Shown: one piece after another, positions 15,808 through 23,674 of the stretch
Layout of the letters: each line of letters begins with the position of its first letter
Position numbering within the stretch: position 1 is the stretch's first letter
Program-made: the position numbers and the translations under genes
The notes under the pieces: model-generated
Told to the model about the DNA's origin: nothing
The model's input: the letters and a program-made list of their open reading frames with translations, nothing else
Databases searched by the model: none
Assembly (NCBI GenBank): GCA_035275085.1
Contig: DATENK010000718.1
Span: 1 to 30,995, forward strand
DNA from: Verrucomicrobiia bacterium
GTDB taxonomy: Bacteria > Verrucomicrobiota > Verrucomicrobiia > Limisphaerales > DATENK01
Length of the DNA stretch: 30,995 nt
Reading direction: 5' to 3'

Positions 15808-17064
15808 GTGAAGATTTACGATCATCCGACCTTCAACATGGCTTGCCAGCAATTCGACCTGGTCGCGGATTATCTGCAGATTCCCGAGAACGATCGCGCG
15901 CGGGTGAAATATCCGAAACGGGCGGTCACCGTGGCGCTGCCGATTCATTGCGATGACGGCTCGACGCGGGTGTTCACTGGATACCGTGTGCAGCATCACT
16001 TGACGCTCGGACCGACGAAAGGCGGCTTGCGGTATCACCCGGAGGTGACGCTCGGGGAAGTCGCGGCGTTGGCGATGTGGATGAGTTGGAAATGCGCGTT
16101 GACTGGATTGCCTTATGGCGGGGCAAAAGGCGGCATCGAATGCGACCCGCGGAAGCTTTCGACTACGGAATTGGAGCGGGTGACGCGGCGGTTCACGCAG
16201 GAGATGATTCCCTTTATCGGCCCGCAGGTGGACGTCATGGCGCCGGACCTTGGAACTAACGAACAGGTAATGGCGTGGATCATGGACTCATACTCGATGC
16301 ATGCTGGGCAGACGGTTTCGAGCATTGTCACTGGGAAGCCGGTGGGCCTGGGTGGATCGGTCGGACGCCGCGAAGCAACTGGCCGCGGAGTAGCGTATCT
16401 GGTTAACCGCGCGATGGATACGACCCGCATGGACGCGGGCCGCGCGACCGCGGTGATTCAGGGCTATGGAAATGTGGGCTCCGTCGCTGCATTATCACTG
16501 GCGCGACTTGGCGTGAAGGTTATCGCAGTTAGCGACGTAAACGGCGGGATTTTCAACAAAGCCGGATTGGATTTATGGAAGCTTGACGCGCATGTAGCGA
16601 AGAGCAAGACCGTGCAGAAGTTCCCGGGCGCAGAGCCGATTTCGAATACGGACTTGCTCACGTTGCCTTGCGATATCCTTGTTCCTGCTGCGCTCGAGCG
16701 CCAGATCACCGAAGCGAATGCCGGCAAATTGCAGTGCCGTATCCTGGCGGAAGCCGCAAACGGCCCAACCACGCCGGAAGCAGATCGAATTCTGGAAAAG
16801 CGCCCTGAAATTTTCGTTATCCCTGATATTCTATGCAATGCCGGCGGTGTAATCGTGTCGTATTTTGAATGGGTCCAGGACTTGCAGAGCTTTTTTTGGA
16901 CGGAGACCGAGGTGGTCGACAAGTTGTACCGAACGTTGGAGGCTGCGTATTCACAAGTGCTGGCAGCGACGCGCAAACAAAAGATTTCGATGCGGCTGGC
17001 GGCACTCGCCCTTGGGGTCAAGCGTGTGCACGAAGCGAAGGTCGTTCGGGGATTATTTCCTTGA
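15808..17064 (+). CDS. gdhA: Glu/Leu/Phe/Val dehydrogenase, most likely glutamate dehydrogenase
   Basis: KGGLRYHP, MSWKCA, GGAKGG, DVMAPDLGTN, GRREATGRG, QGYGNVG, EAANGP and NAGGVIVSYFEWVQ. Confidence 0.93.
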   Translation: MKIYDHPTFNMACQQFDLVADYLQIPENDRARVKYPKRAVTVALPIHCDDGSTRVFTGYRVQHHLTLGPTKGGLRYHPEVTLGEVAALAMWMSWKCALTGLPYGGAKGGIECDPRKLSTTELERVTRRFTQEMIPFIGPQVDVMAPDLGTNEQVMAWIMDSYSMHAGQTVSSIVTGKPVGLGGSVGRREATGRGVAYLVNRAMDTTRMDAGRATAVIQGYGNVGSVAALSLARLGVKVIAVSDVNGGIFNKAGLDLWKLDAHVAKSKTVQKFPGAEPISNTDLLTLPCDILVPAALERQITEANAGKLQCRILAEAANGPTTPEADRILEKRPEIFVIPDILCNAGGVIVSYFEWVQDLQSFFWTETEVVDKLYRTLEAAYSQVLAATRKQKISMRLAALALGVKRVHEAKVVRGLFP

Positions 17065-17106
17065 TGTGTACGGTTTTTGATTTGGTGTCCGTTCCCTTAT
17101 AAATGC

Positions 17107-18390
17107 ATGCAGCAAGAGTGCGGAACAGCGACGGCGGATTCTGAACTGCTGTCAGCCTACGCGCGCGACCAAAACGACACCGCGTTTGCGGAGATCGTGG
17201 CGCGCTATCGTGACATGGTCTATTCCGCGGCGTTGCGCCAGGTGCATGATACCGCGGCAGCAGAGGACGTAACGCAGGCGGTATTCATCATACTGGCGCG
17301 CAAAGCGAGTGGCTTGCGGTCGGAAACCGTGTTGTCGGGGTGGCTGTTTCGGGCTGTTCGCTACGCCGCCATGGACGCCAGGAAAATCAATATGCGCCGT
17401 CAACTCCGCGAGCAGAGCGCGCCTTTGCCCGCTGAGGAAAATTCTGCCGATCACTGGCAGGAAATTGCGCCTCTGCTCGACGACGGATTGGCAACGCTGC
17501 CGGAGAAAGATCGATTGGCTATTCTCCTGCGTTTTTTCGACGACCTTGATTGGCGCGAAGTTGGCGTCGCGCTTGGCACTAACGAAAATGCCGCGCGCGT
17601 GCGAGTTAACCGAGCCATTGAAAAACTCCGATCATGGTTCGCACGGCGGGGCATCGTCCTGCCGACGGCGGTCTTGGGGTCTGCATTGCTCGCCAACGCT
17701 GTCCAATCCGCACCGGCAGCGGCTGCTGCCGCGAGCGCCGTAGCAAAGGCGCTGGCAGAAGCGGTCGCGCGAAAGTGGCTGATGCAGAAAATCCTAATGG
17801 GCTCGCTGGCGATCCTGCTCTTGCTCGGGATCGTGGGCGGCGGAGGTTGGGCAAAGCGCACGGTTGAAACTCGGCGTGCGGAACAGCGTGCAGCAGATTT
17901 GAGGACGATCGATCGGCTCATGTTCCTGATCGATGGAGTTTTATCCACGAACAATGCGCCGCTGTTCGTGGCCAACATTTATTTTCGGCCGCAACACGAA
18001 GCCTATCGCGCCGTGCTCTACGATTATGCCGCGGCGTTTGGAAACTTTCGGCGCGAGTTGCGCGTGTTCTTTCCCGGCAACGCGATCCGTTACGACTCAT
18101 TCGATATTATGTCACGGGAGTTATTTCGATATCAACCGAGGCCTGCGCGAACGTACGTCGACGGTGATCGCGGAGGTTCGGGCCGGTATCGGCGGTGCAC
18201 TCTGGAATTTGTGCGGGTCAAAAACACGTGGAAGTGGGATTATTTCGGCCCGCTTACGCCGGAACAGCAGCAGGACCGCGTTGCCGTGCTCAAACACAAA
18301 GCCGAAGTGATGAATGGCCTGGCAGCTCGGCTTAAAAATTACGAGGTCAGCGACGGCCGGGAACTGCTTAAAGAGTTCGACGAGAAATAA
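17107..18390 (+). CDS. ECF sigma factor with a C-terminal transmembrane helix and an extracytoplasmic domain
   Basis: Sigma2 AFAEIVARY...AEDVTQAVF...GWLFRAVRY and sigma4 [14 protein letters not shown]...EVGVALG...[10 protein letters not shown]. An Ala-rich linker precedes the TM segment [17 protein letters not shown]. Start set at ATG 17107. Confidence 0.9.
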   Translation: MQQECGTATADSELLSAYARDQNDTAFAEIVARYRDMVYSAALRQVHDTAAAEDVTQAVFIILARKASGLRSETVLSGWLFRAVRYAAMDARKINMRRQLREQSAPLPAEENSADHWQEIAPLLDDGLATLPEKDRLAILLRFFDDLDWREVGVALGTNENAARVRVNRAIEKLRSWFARRGIVLPTAVLGSALLANAVQSAPAAAAAASAVAKALAEAVARKWLMQKILMGSLAILLLLGIVGGGGWAKRTVETRRAEQRAADLRTIDRLMFLIDGVLSTNNAPLFVANIYFRPQHEAYRAVLYDYAAAFGNFRRELRVFFPGNAIRYDSFDIMSRELFRYQPRPARTYVDGDRGGSGRYRRCTLEFVRVKNTWKWDYFGPLTPEQQQDRVAVLKHKAEVMNGLAARLKNYEVSDGRELLKEFDEK

Positions 18391-18427
18391 GCCCGTACGG
18401 TTTTGGCGGCCGCGTCCGTTTAAGAGC

Positions 18428-20947
18428 ATGAAGCTCTTATCGTTTCTTGCTCTTACACTCGGTCTTGCCAGTTCAAACGCGCAAGTCACCTTCACCAAAC
18501 TAAGTTCGGATCCTGTGATGCAAGCGATGGCAACGACTGACTCGGCGTTCACGGATTTGAATCGCGACGGTTGGCTGGACCTTTTCCTCGGACCCACCGG
18601 TAGCGGCCTGGGATCGGCCTTCACAAATAACGGCAACGGATCGTTCACGCGGGTGACGAATGGACCGTTGGCGGCGATAACCGGGCCGACTTTTGGGGCT
18701 TCGTGGGGCGATTTCGACAATGATGGATGGCCCGACCTGTTGGTGGGCGTGAATTCCGGACAGAATGACGTCCTGTTGCACAATGTCGCCGGGACTTTTA
18801 CGCGCTTGAACACCCAACAGTTTCCGTCCACTGGCGGCAACGCGAACAATGTCGCATGGGCAGATTACGACAACGACGGGTTGCTGGATCTATTCGTGGC
18901 CAACTCCGACCAGAACGATTTCCTGTTGCACAATGAAGGCAACGGATCCTTTACGCGCGTACTCACCAACGCCATCGCAATCGAGCCCGGGAATTCGCAA
19001 GGAGCGGCCTGGGGCGACTACGATGATGACGGGCTCATCGATCTTGTTGTGTCGCGAGTGAATGTGCCGACGTTGCTCTATCGCAATCTTGGCGGAGGGG
19101 CGTTTCAAAAAGTAACGAACAGTGTGATCGCACAGAGTTCGAGCGTTTCGCAGGGAATCACGTGGGTGGATTATGACAACGACGGTCGTTTTGATTTGTT
19201 TGTGTCGAACCCGAACAGCACCAACTGGCTCTATCATAATAACGGCGCAGGGCAATTCAGTCGCGTTACGAATGCGGCGATGGTGGCTGACAACGCGACG
19301 CACATGGGGTGCGTTTGGGCAGATTACGATAATGACGGCTGGCTCGACCTATTCATTCCAGTAAACGGAGGTCAGAGCCAGTTATACCACAATGAAGGCG
19401 GAAGCTTTACGCGCGTTTTGGGCGGATTGCCTGGGACTGATGCCGGCCCGGCCTTCGGCGCGGCCTGGGGCGATATCGATAATGATGGATTTCCGGATTT
19501 GGTGGTAACCCATTGGCAAGCCGTGGCTGCGTATTTATACCACAACAACGGTAACAGTAATCATTGGCTCTCGATTGGACTGGACGGACGTATTTCCAAT
19601 CGGTCCGCCATTGGCGCAAAGGTGCGGCTCGAAGCCACCATCAAAGGCGCGCGGCTGAAGCAGCTTCGTCAGATTTCCGGCGGCGACGGGCTGGGGAGCC
19701 AGAACGATCCGCGGGTATGTTTCGGGCTCGGTGACGCTGATCGCGCCGAGACACTCCTGATCGAATGGCCTTCGGGTGTGCGTCAGATTTATCGTGATCT
19801 CACGGCCAACCGCTTCCTCCAGATCGTGGAACCGGCGCTCAAAATTTCACCCGCCACGGTTGAAACAAGCGCCGGTGGCGTCGTCTCGTTCACTGCTCCC
19901 GGCGCTTCTGACATCGGAGATACCTTCCAATGGCTGAGAAACGGAGAGGCACTGCCAGGCAAAACGAACGTAAATCTCACGATCGAAAACGTCGACGCGA
20001 CCGCTGGGGGCAATTACATCCTGCGAGTCACAAATACAGGAACAGGGATGACGGCTGAGTCCGCTGCGGCGCGTGTTACTGGTCCCGTTGTTTTCGTTCG
20101 TCAACCTGAATCACTCATGCTCCGGCAAGGCAGCAACACCACGTTTGAGGCAGCGGTATCAGGCTCCGGTCCGCTCGCCTACCAATGGTTTAGGAATGAT
20201 GCGGCAATTGAGGGCGCAACGAATGCTTCGCTGATAGTCACAAACGCGCAATTGGCCGACCAGGGGCAGTACCGGCTAAGTGTCTCGAACAGTTTCGGTG
20301 CATTCACGAGCAGCAACGCGGCGCTGGTCCTATTGATCCGGCCTGCGATCACCATCCAACCGCTGAGCCAATCAGTTGTCGCCGGCGGCAGCCTGACCCT
20401 CAGTGTGTCAGCGACAGGCAGTCCCTTGCCGTTGAGCTTTCGATGGCGACGCGGCGCTACCACGTTGACTAACATAGTTCTGCACAGCACGAATTGTTTT
20501 TTCACCATTTCCAACATGCAGGCGATAGCCACAAACCAATTCGTCTACACGATCGCGGTCACGAACGTCGCCGGAAACGCGTTAATCAGCAGCAACGCCG
20601 TAATTACAGTGCTGGAGGATGCGGATGGCGACGGTTTGCCTGACGAATGGGAAACCGTTTATGGTTTAACCGCGCCGAACGAGGACGCAGACGGCGATGG
20701 CCTATGCAATTTGGCTGAATACCGAGCCGGCACAAACCCGACTAATGCGGCGGATGTTTTGAGGCTGGAGTGCTGGCGCGAAGGTTTACGATTCGAAGCG
20801 CAGCCGGCGAAGACTTATTCGATCCTCGGCAGCGCTGTGGTCGATGGCCCATGGACGACGATCCTGAATGTGCCGGCGCAAGCCACGCGGCAGCAGGTCC
20901 AACTCCCTTGGCCCACCAACGCCTTTTTTAAGCTCCAGACGCGCTAG
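18428..20947 (+). CDS. Secreted FG-GAP/ASPIC-UnbV protein with Ig-like domains, calcium-binding TSP3-like repeats and a short C-terminal domain
   Basis: Signal peptide MKLLSFLALTLGLASSNA, about 7 W(G/A)D(Y/F)DNDGxxD repeats, ASPIC SNRSAIGAKV...IEWPSG, Ig-like YQWFRN...DQGQYRLSVSN and DADGDGLPDEWE / DADGDGLCNLAEYRAGTNP. Confidence 0.88.
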   Translation: MKLLSFLALTLGLASSNAQVTFTKLSSDPVMQAMATTDSAFTDLNRDGWLDLFLGPTGSGLGSAFTNNGNGSFTRVTNGPLAAITGPTFGASWGDFDNDGWPDLLVGVNSGQNDVLLHNVAGTFTRLNTQQFPSTGGNANNVAWADYDNDGLLDLFVANSDQNDFLLHNEGNGSFTRVLTNAIAIEPGNSQGAAWGDYDDDGLIDLVVSRVNVPTLLYRNLGGGAFQKVTNSVIAQSSSVSQGITWVDYDNDGRFDLFVSNPNSTNWLYHNNGAGQFSRVTNAAMVADNATHMGCVWADYDNDGWLDLFIPVNGGQSQLYHNEGGSFTRVLGGLPGTDAGPAFGAAWGDIDNDGFPDLVVTHWQAVAAYLYHNNGNSNHWLSIGLDGRISNRSAIGAKVRLEATIKGARLKQLRQISGGDGLGSQNDPRVCFGLGDADRAETLLIEWPSGVRQIYRDLTANRFLQIVEPALKISPATVETSAGGVVSFTAPGASDIGDTFQWLRNGEALPGKTNVNLTIENVDATAGGNYILRVTNTGTGMTAESAAARVTGPVVFVRQPESLMLRQGSNTTFEAAVSGSGPLAYQWFRNDAAIEGATNASLIVTNAQLADQGQYRLSVSNSFGAFTSSNAALVLLIRPAITIQPLSQSVVAGGSLTLSVSATGSPLPLSFRWRRGATTLTNIVLHSTNCFFTISNMQAIATNQFVYTIAVTNVAGNALISSNAVITVLEDADGDGLPDEWETVYGLTAPNEDADGDGLCNLAEYRAGTNPTNAADVLRLECWREGLRFEAQPAKTYSILGSAVVDGPWTTILNVPAQATRQQVQLPWPTNAFFKLQTR

Positions 20948-21372
20948 TCGAGCATTTCCGGCTCTGGTTCCGGCACTGTGGGTTCCACTCGCGCCGGTGG
21001 GATGGTGCGTCGTCGCTTGGGCGGAATCCCGTATTTGCGCAGGCGCGAAACGAGCGTGGTCGGGGGCATCCCCAGAAGCGCGGCGGCACCGTTGGCTCCA
21101 TAAATCTTGCCACCGGTCTCGTTCAATGCGGCCAGAATATGCGCCCGCTCCTGATCGCGATAGGCGCCGAGGTTGGTGCCCCGCGCAATGGGCGACATAG
21201 CGCGTTCCAAGAGGGCTTGCAATTCCTGGCTGCGGGATTTCGGAAGGCCGTTGCCTGCGCCGGCGCCGGAAAGCTTCCGAAAGGTGGCGTTTGCGAATAG
21301 GACGCGCCCGAGTTTATCGGTGATCAGCACACCCGCATCCAGCCGATCGAGCAAAGCAGTCAGATCCTTCAC
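20944..21372 (-). CDS. Small PAS-fragment plus Fis-type HTH protein (sigma54-activator-like, no AAA+ core); possibly a pseudogene
   Basis: LLDRLDAGVLITDKLGRVLFANATF (PAS start), ELQALLERA, and ERAHILAALNETGGKIYGANGAAALLGMPPTTLVSRLRKYGI (FhlA-like HTH_8). Start uncertain (GTG 21372 or ATG 21411). Confidence 0.7.
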   Translation of the reverse strand: MKDLTALLDRLDAGVLITDKLGRVLFANATFRKLSGAGAGNGLPKSRSQELQALLERAMSPIARGTNLGAYRDQERAHILAALNETGGKIYGANGAAALLGMPPTTLVSRLRKYGIPPKRRRTIPPARVEPTVPEPEPEMLD

Positions 21373-21398
21373 GCACCGAATGCTAGAGAAACGATAAA

Positions 21399-21476
21399 TC
21401 GCTGTAAACAACTATTTTACGTTTCTTACAGCGAAATACCGTTGCATAGACAGATATAAACGTTGCATTTTTGCAA
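21399..21476. promoter_or_regulatory. AT-rich divergent intergenic region with inverted and direct repeats
   Basis: TCGCTGTAA-N18-TTACAGCGA (21399-21434), CGTTGCAT twice at 21-bp spacing (21440, 21461), and TTGCA-TTTT-TGCAA (21463-21476). Confidence 0.5.
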
Positions 21477-21505
21477 TGATTGGCTCAGGCTCGCGCGCAA
21501 CACGA

Positions 21506-22018
21506 ATGGATGGAGAAACGCTGAGCCAGGCTACACCGCCGGTGTTGTATCAAGCCTTGGATCCACGTGTTGTAAAGCTCTGGAAGATTCGCTCTCTGAT
21601 CGCTAGCGGTGTGCTGCTATCCCTGGCCGGGGTTGGCGTTTTGATTCTCGGTTTTGGCCGGGTCGCGCCGTGGCCGGGATTGGTCGTTGCGTGGCTCACG
21701 CTGGGCGGGTTGCGTGCATACTTTTTCTTTTGGCATCAGCAGCGAGTGTATCGCAATTGGGGCTACCGGCTGGATGGCAAGGTGCTCGAAACGCGGCATG
21801 GGATTTGGTGGCGTCAATTGCAATTGCTCCCCCTGCCGCGGCTTCAGCATGTAGACCTTCATAGCGGGCCAATCGAGCGCTCGCTCGGCCTCGCTTCTCT
21901 TCTTCTGCACACCGCAGGCACCCATGAGGCAACGATTGTGATTCCAGGCCTAGATGCGAACGAAGCGGTGCGGTTGCGGGACCATTTGGTAATGGTCGGA
22001 GGCGACGATGGCGTCTGA
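21506..22018 (+). CDS. YdbS-like membrane protein with a bacterial PH domain
   Basis: Two TM helices, then YRNWGYRL, RHGIWWR, LPRLQHVDLHSGPIERSLGLASL, TAG and IPGL. Alternative start ATG 21476. Confidence 0.88.
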   Translation: MDGETLSQATPPVLYQALDPRVVKLWKIRSLIASGVLLSLAGVGVLILGFGRVAPWPGLVVAWLTLGGLRAYFFFWHQQRVYRNWGYRLDGKVLETRHGIWWRQLQLLPLPRLQHVDLHSGPIERSLGLASLLLHTAGTHEATIVIPGLDANEAVRLRDHLVMVGGDDGV

Positions 22019-23558
22019 GCCGCCGCCGGTGCCGCCTCCCATTCCGGAGCAAGTCACGCCGGGGTTCACAGACGGATTGCTGCTCGAAGGCCGACTGCAT
22101 CCGCTCACATTGTTGTTTTCGGTTTGGCACACGGTCCGCGGGATTCTCATTCCTTTGATTGTGATTGTGTTTTTCGGACGTAAACGGGCCGAAGACCTGT
22201 ATTTCCTGTTCGCGATCGTGTTTCTGGCGTTGCCGATCAGTTTCGCCATTGTTCGCTATTTTACATTTACCTACCGCATCCAGAATGGGGAATTGATCAC
22301 GCACCATGGCGTGCTCGGGAAAACGCAGCGCATCATTCCCCTGAGCCGTGTTCAGGACATCCGGGTCGAACAAAGCGTGCTACACCGTCTGTTCCGCATG
22401 GCGGACGTGCATGTTGAAACCGCTGGCGGCAAAGAGCCAGAAGCATCGTTGTCGGTGTTGTCGCTCGCCGAGGCCGAGCGGTTGCGGGCCGCGGTATTTG
22501 ATGTGAAACGCATAGCCTCTGCGGCGACGGAAGCGCCACCGTCACGCGAGATCATTCGCAAGCTGAGCGTGCGCGAGTTGGTGTTTGCGGGATTAACATC
22601 CAACCAGATGGCATCCGCGATTGCGGTGCTGCTGGTGGTCTGGAATTTCCTCGACGACTTCATTTCACGAGAGGCGTACGAACGATGGGTCCTGCGGACC
22701 ACACAAGCGGCGACCGAATGGGTGACGCACGTCGGCCACAAAGCGTGGATCGGTTTCCTGCTATTGGCCGGGGCGGTAATTCTGGTCGGCATGGTGTTTT
22801 CCATTGTCGGCTCGGTGGTGATGTTTTATGGGTTCACCCTGGCACGCAGCGGGGAGGATTTGCATCGCAGCTACGGGCTATTTACACGGCGCTGGAGCAG
22901 CCTGCCTCGGCGTCGGATTCAAGTCTTGAAGGTTGAAGAAACCATTTTGCGCCGGCTTTTCGGGCTAGCGACGTTGCGCGCCGACACAGCGGCGAGCACC
23001 GGCCAGGAACACCATCAGAACAGGGGTGGGCGTGATATGCTACTGCCGATTGTTCCGCGGCGCGAACTGGAAAGCTTATTGCCGAATTTCTTTCCGGATC
23101 TGGACAACGGGGGCGATTGGCGGCAAGTCGCGCGGGTTGCGATTCGGCGGGGGACGCTGAAAGGATCAGTGGCCTGCGCGATTCTCGCGGGGATCTCCTA
23201 TTGGGCACAGAGGGAATGGCTCGCGCTCTGGCCGCTTCTGCTTGTGCCTATTGTATTTCTGCTGAATGTAATGAGCTTCCGGTATTTGGGATACGTGCAC
23301 GGCGCGAAATACTTCCGCACACGCCGGGGGTGGCTGCGGCGTTCGACGCATATCGTGCCAATCCGCAATGCGCAAGTGGTACTGGTGCGGCAAACCCCGT
23401 TCGATCGCAGATTTAACGTGGCTTCCGTGCTTGTCGATACCGCAGGCAAAGCGCATACCGGGGGACTCCCGCGGATCGGGAATGTGCCGCATCCGGAAGC
23501 GCTGGAACTGGCGCGAGCGCTGGCGCGGCAGGCAGCGGAGACACGGTTTCGGATCTAG
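22008..23558 (+). CDS. YdbT-like membrane protein with three bacterial PH domains
   Basis: Overlaps the ydbS-like gene by 11 nt. RLHPLT start motif, and repeated units RVQDIRVEQSVLHRLF...VETAG, RRIQVLKVEETILRRLFGLATL..DTA and NAQVVLVRQTPFDRRFNVASV.VDTAG. Confidence 0.88.
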   Translation: MASEPPPVPPPIPEQVTPGFTDGLLLEGRLHPLTLLFSVWHTVRGILIPLIVIVFFGRKRAEDLYFLFAIVFLALPISFAIVRYFTFTYRIQNGELITHHGVLGKTQRIIPLSRVQDIRVEQSVLHRLFRMADVHVETAGGKEPEASLSVLSLAEAERLRAAVFDVKRIASAATEAPPSREIIRKLSVRELVFAGLTSNQMASAIAVLLVVWNFLDDFISREAYERWVLRTTQAATEWVTHVGHKAWIGFLLLAGAVILVGMVFSIVGSVVMFYGFTLARSGEDLHRSYGLFTRRWSSLPRRRIQVLKVEETILRRLFGLATLRADTAASTGQEHHQNRGGRDMLLPIVPRRELESLLPNFFPDLDNGGDWRQVARVAIRRGTLKGSVACAILAGISYWAQREWLALWPLLLVPIVFLLNVMSFRYLGYVHGAKYFRTRRGWLRRSTHIVPIRNAQVVLVRQTPFDRRFNVASVLVDTAGKAHTGGLPRIGNVPHPEALELARALARQAAETRFRI

Positions 23559-23583
23559 GCTCTGCAGGACACCCCCGAAATAA

Positions 23584-23674
23584 CCGTTACACCGTTACAT
23601 TAACGATAAAGCCTAAGGAATTGGGAAAAGTATCCGTTACAACAACTGTTACATGTAACGGTTAAACCGTTACA
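23584..23674. repeat. CCGTTACA octamer array (5 direct copies, 1 inverted) flanking an AT-rich spacer
   Basis: CCGTTACA at 23584, 23592, 23634 and 23667, CTGTTACA at 23646, inverted TGTAACGG at 23654. Perfect inverted repeat TGTAACGGTT-A-AACCGTTACA (23654-23674). Confidence 0.85.

Noticed and set aside
23584-23674. CRISPR array or simple tandem repeat
   Set aside because: Units are only 8 bp, the spacing is irregular (0, 34, 4, 13 nt), one copy is inverted, and there are no cas genes.
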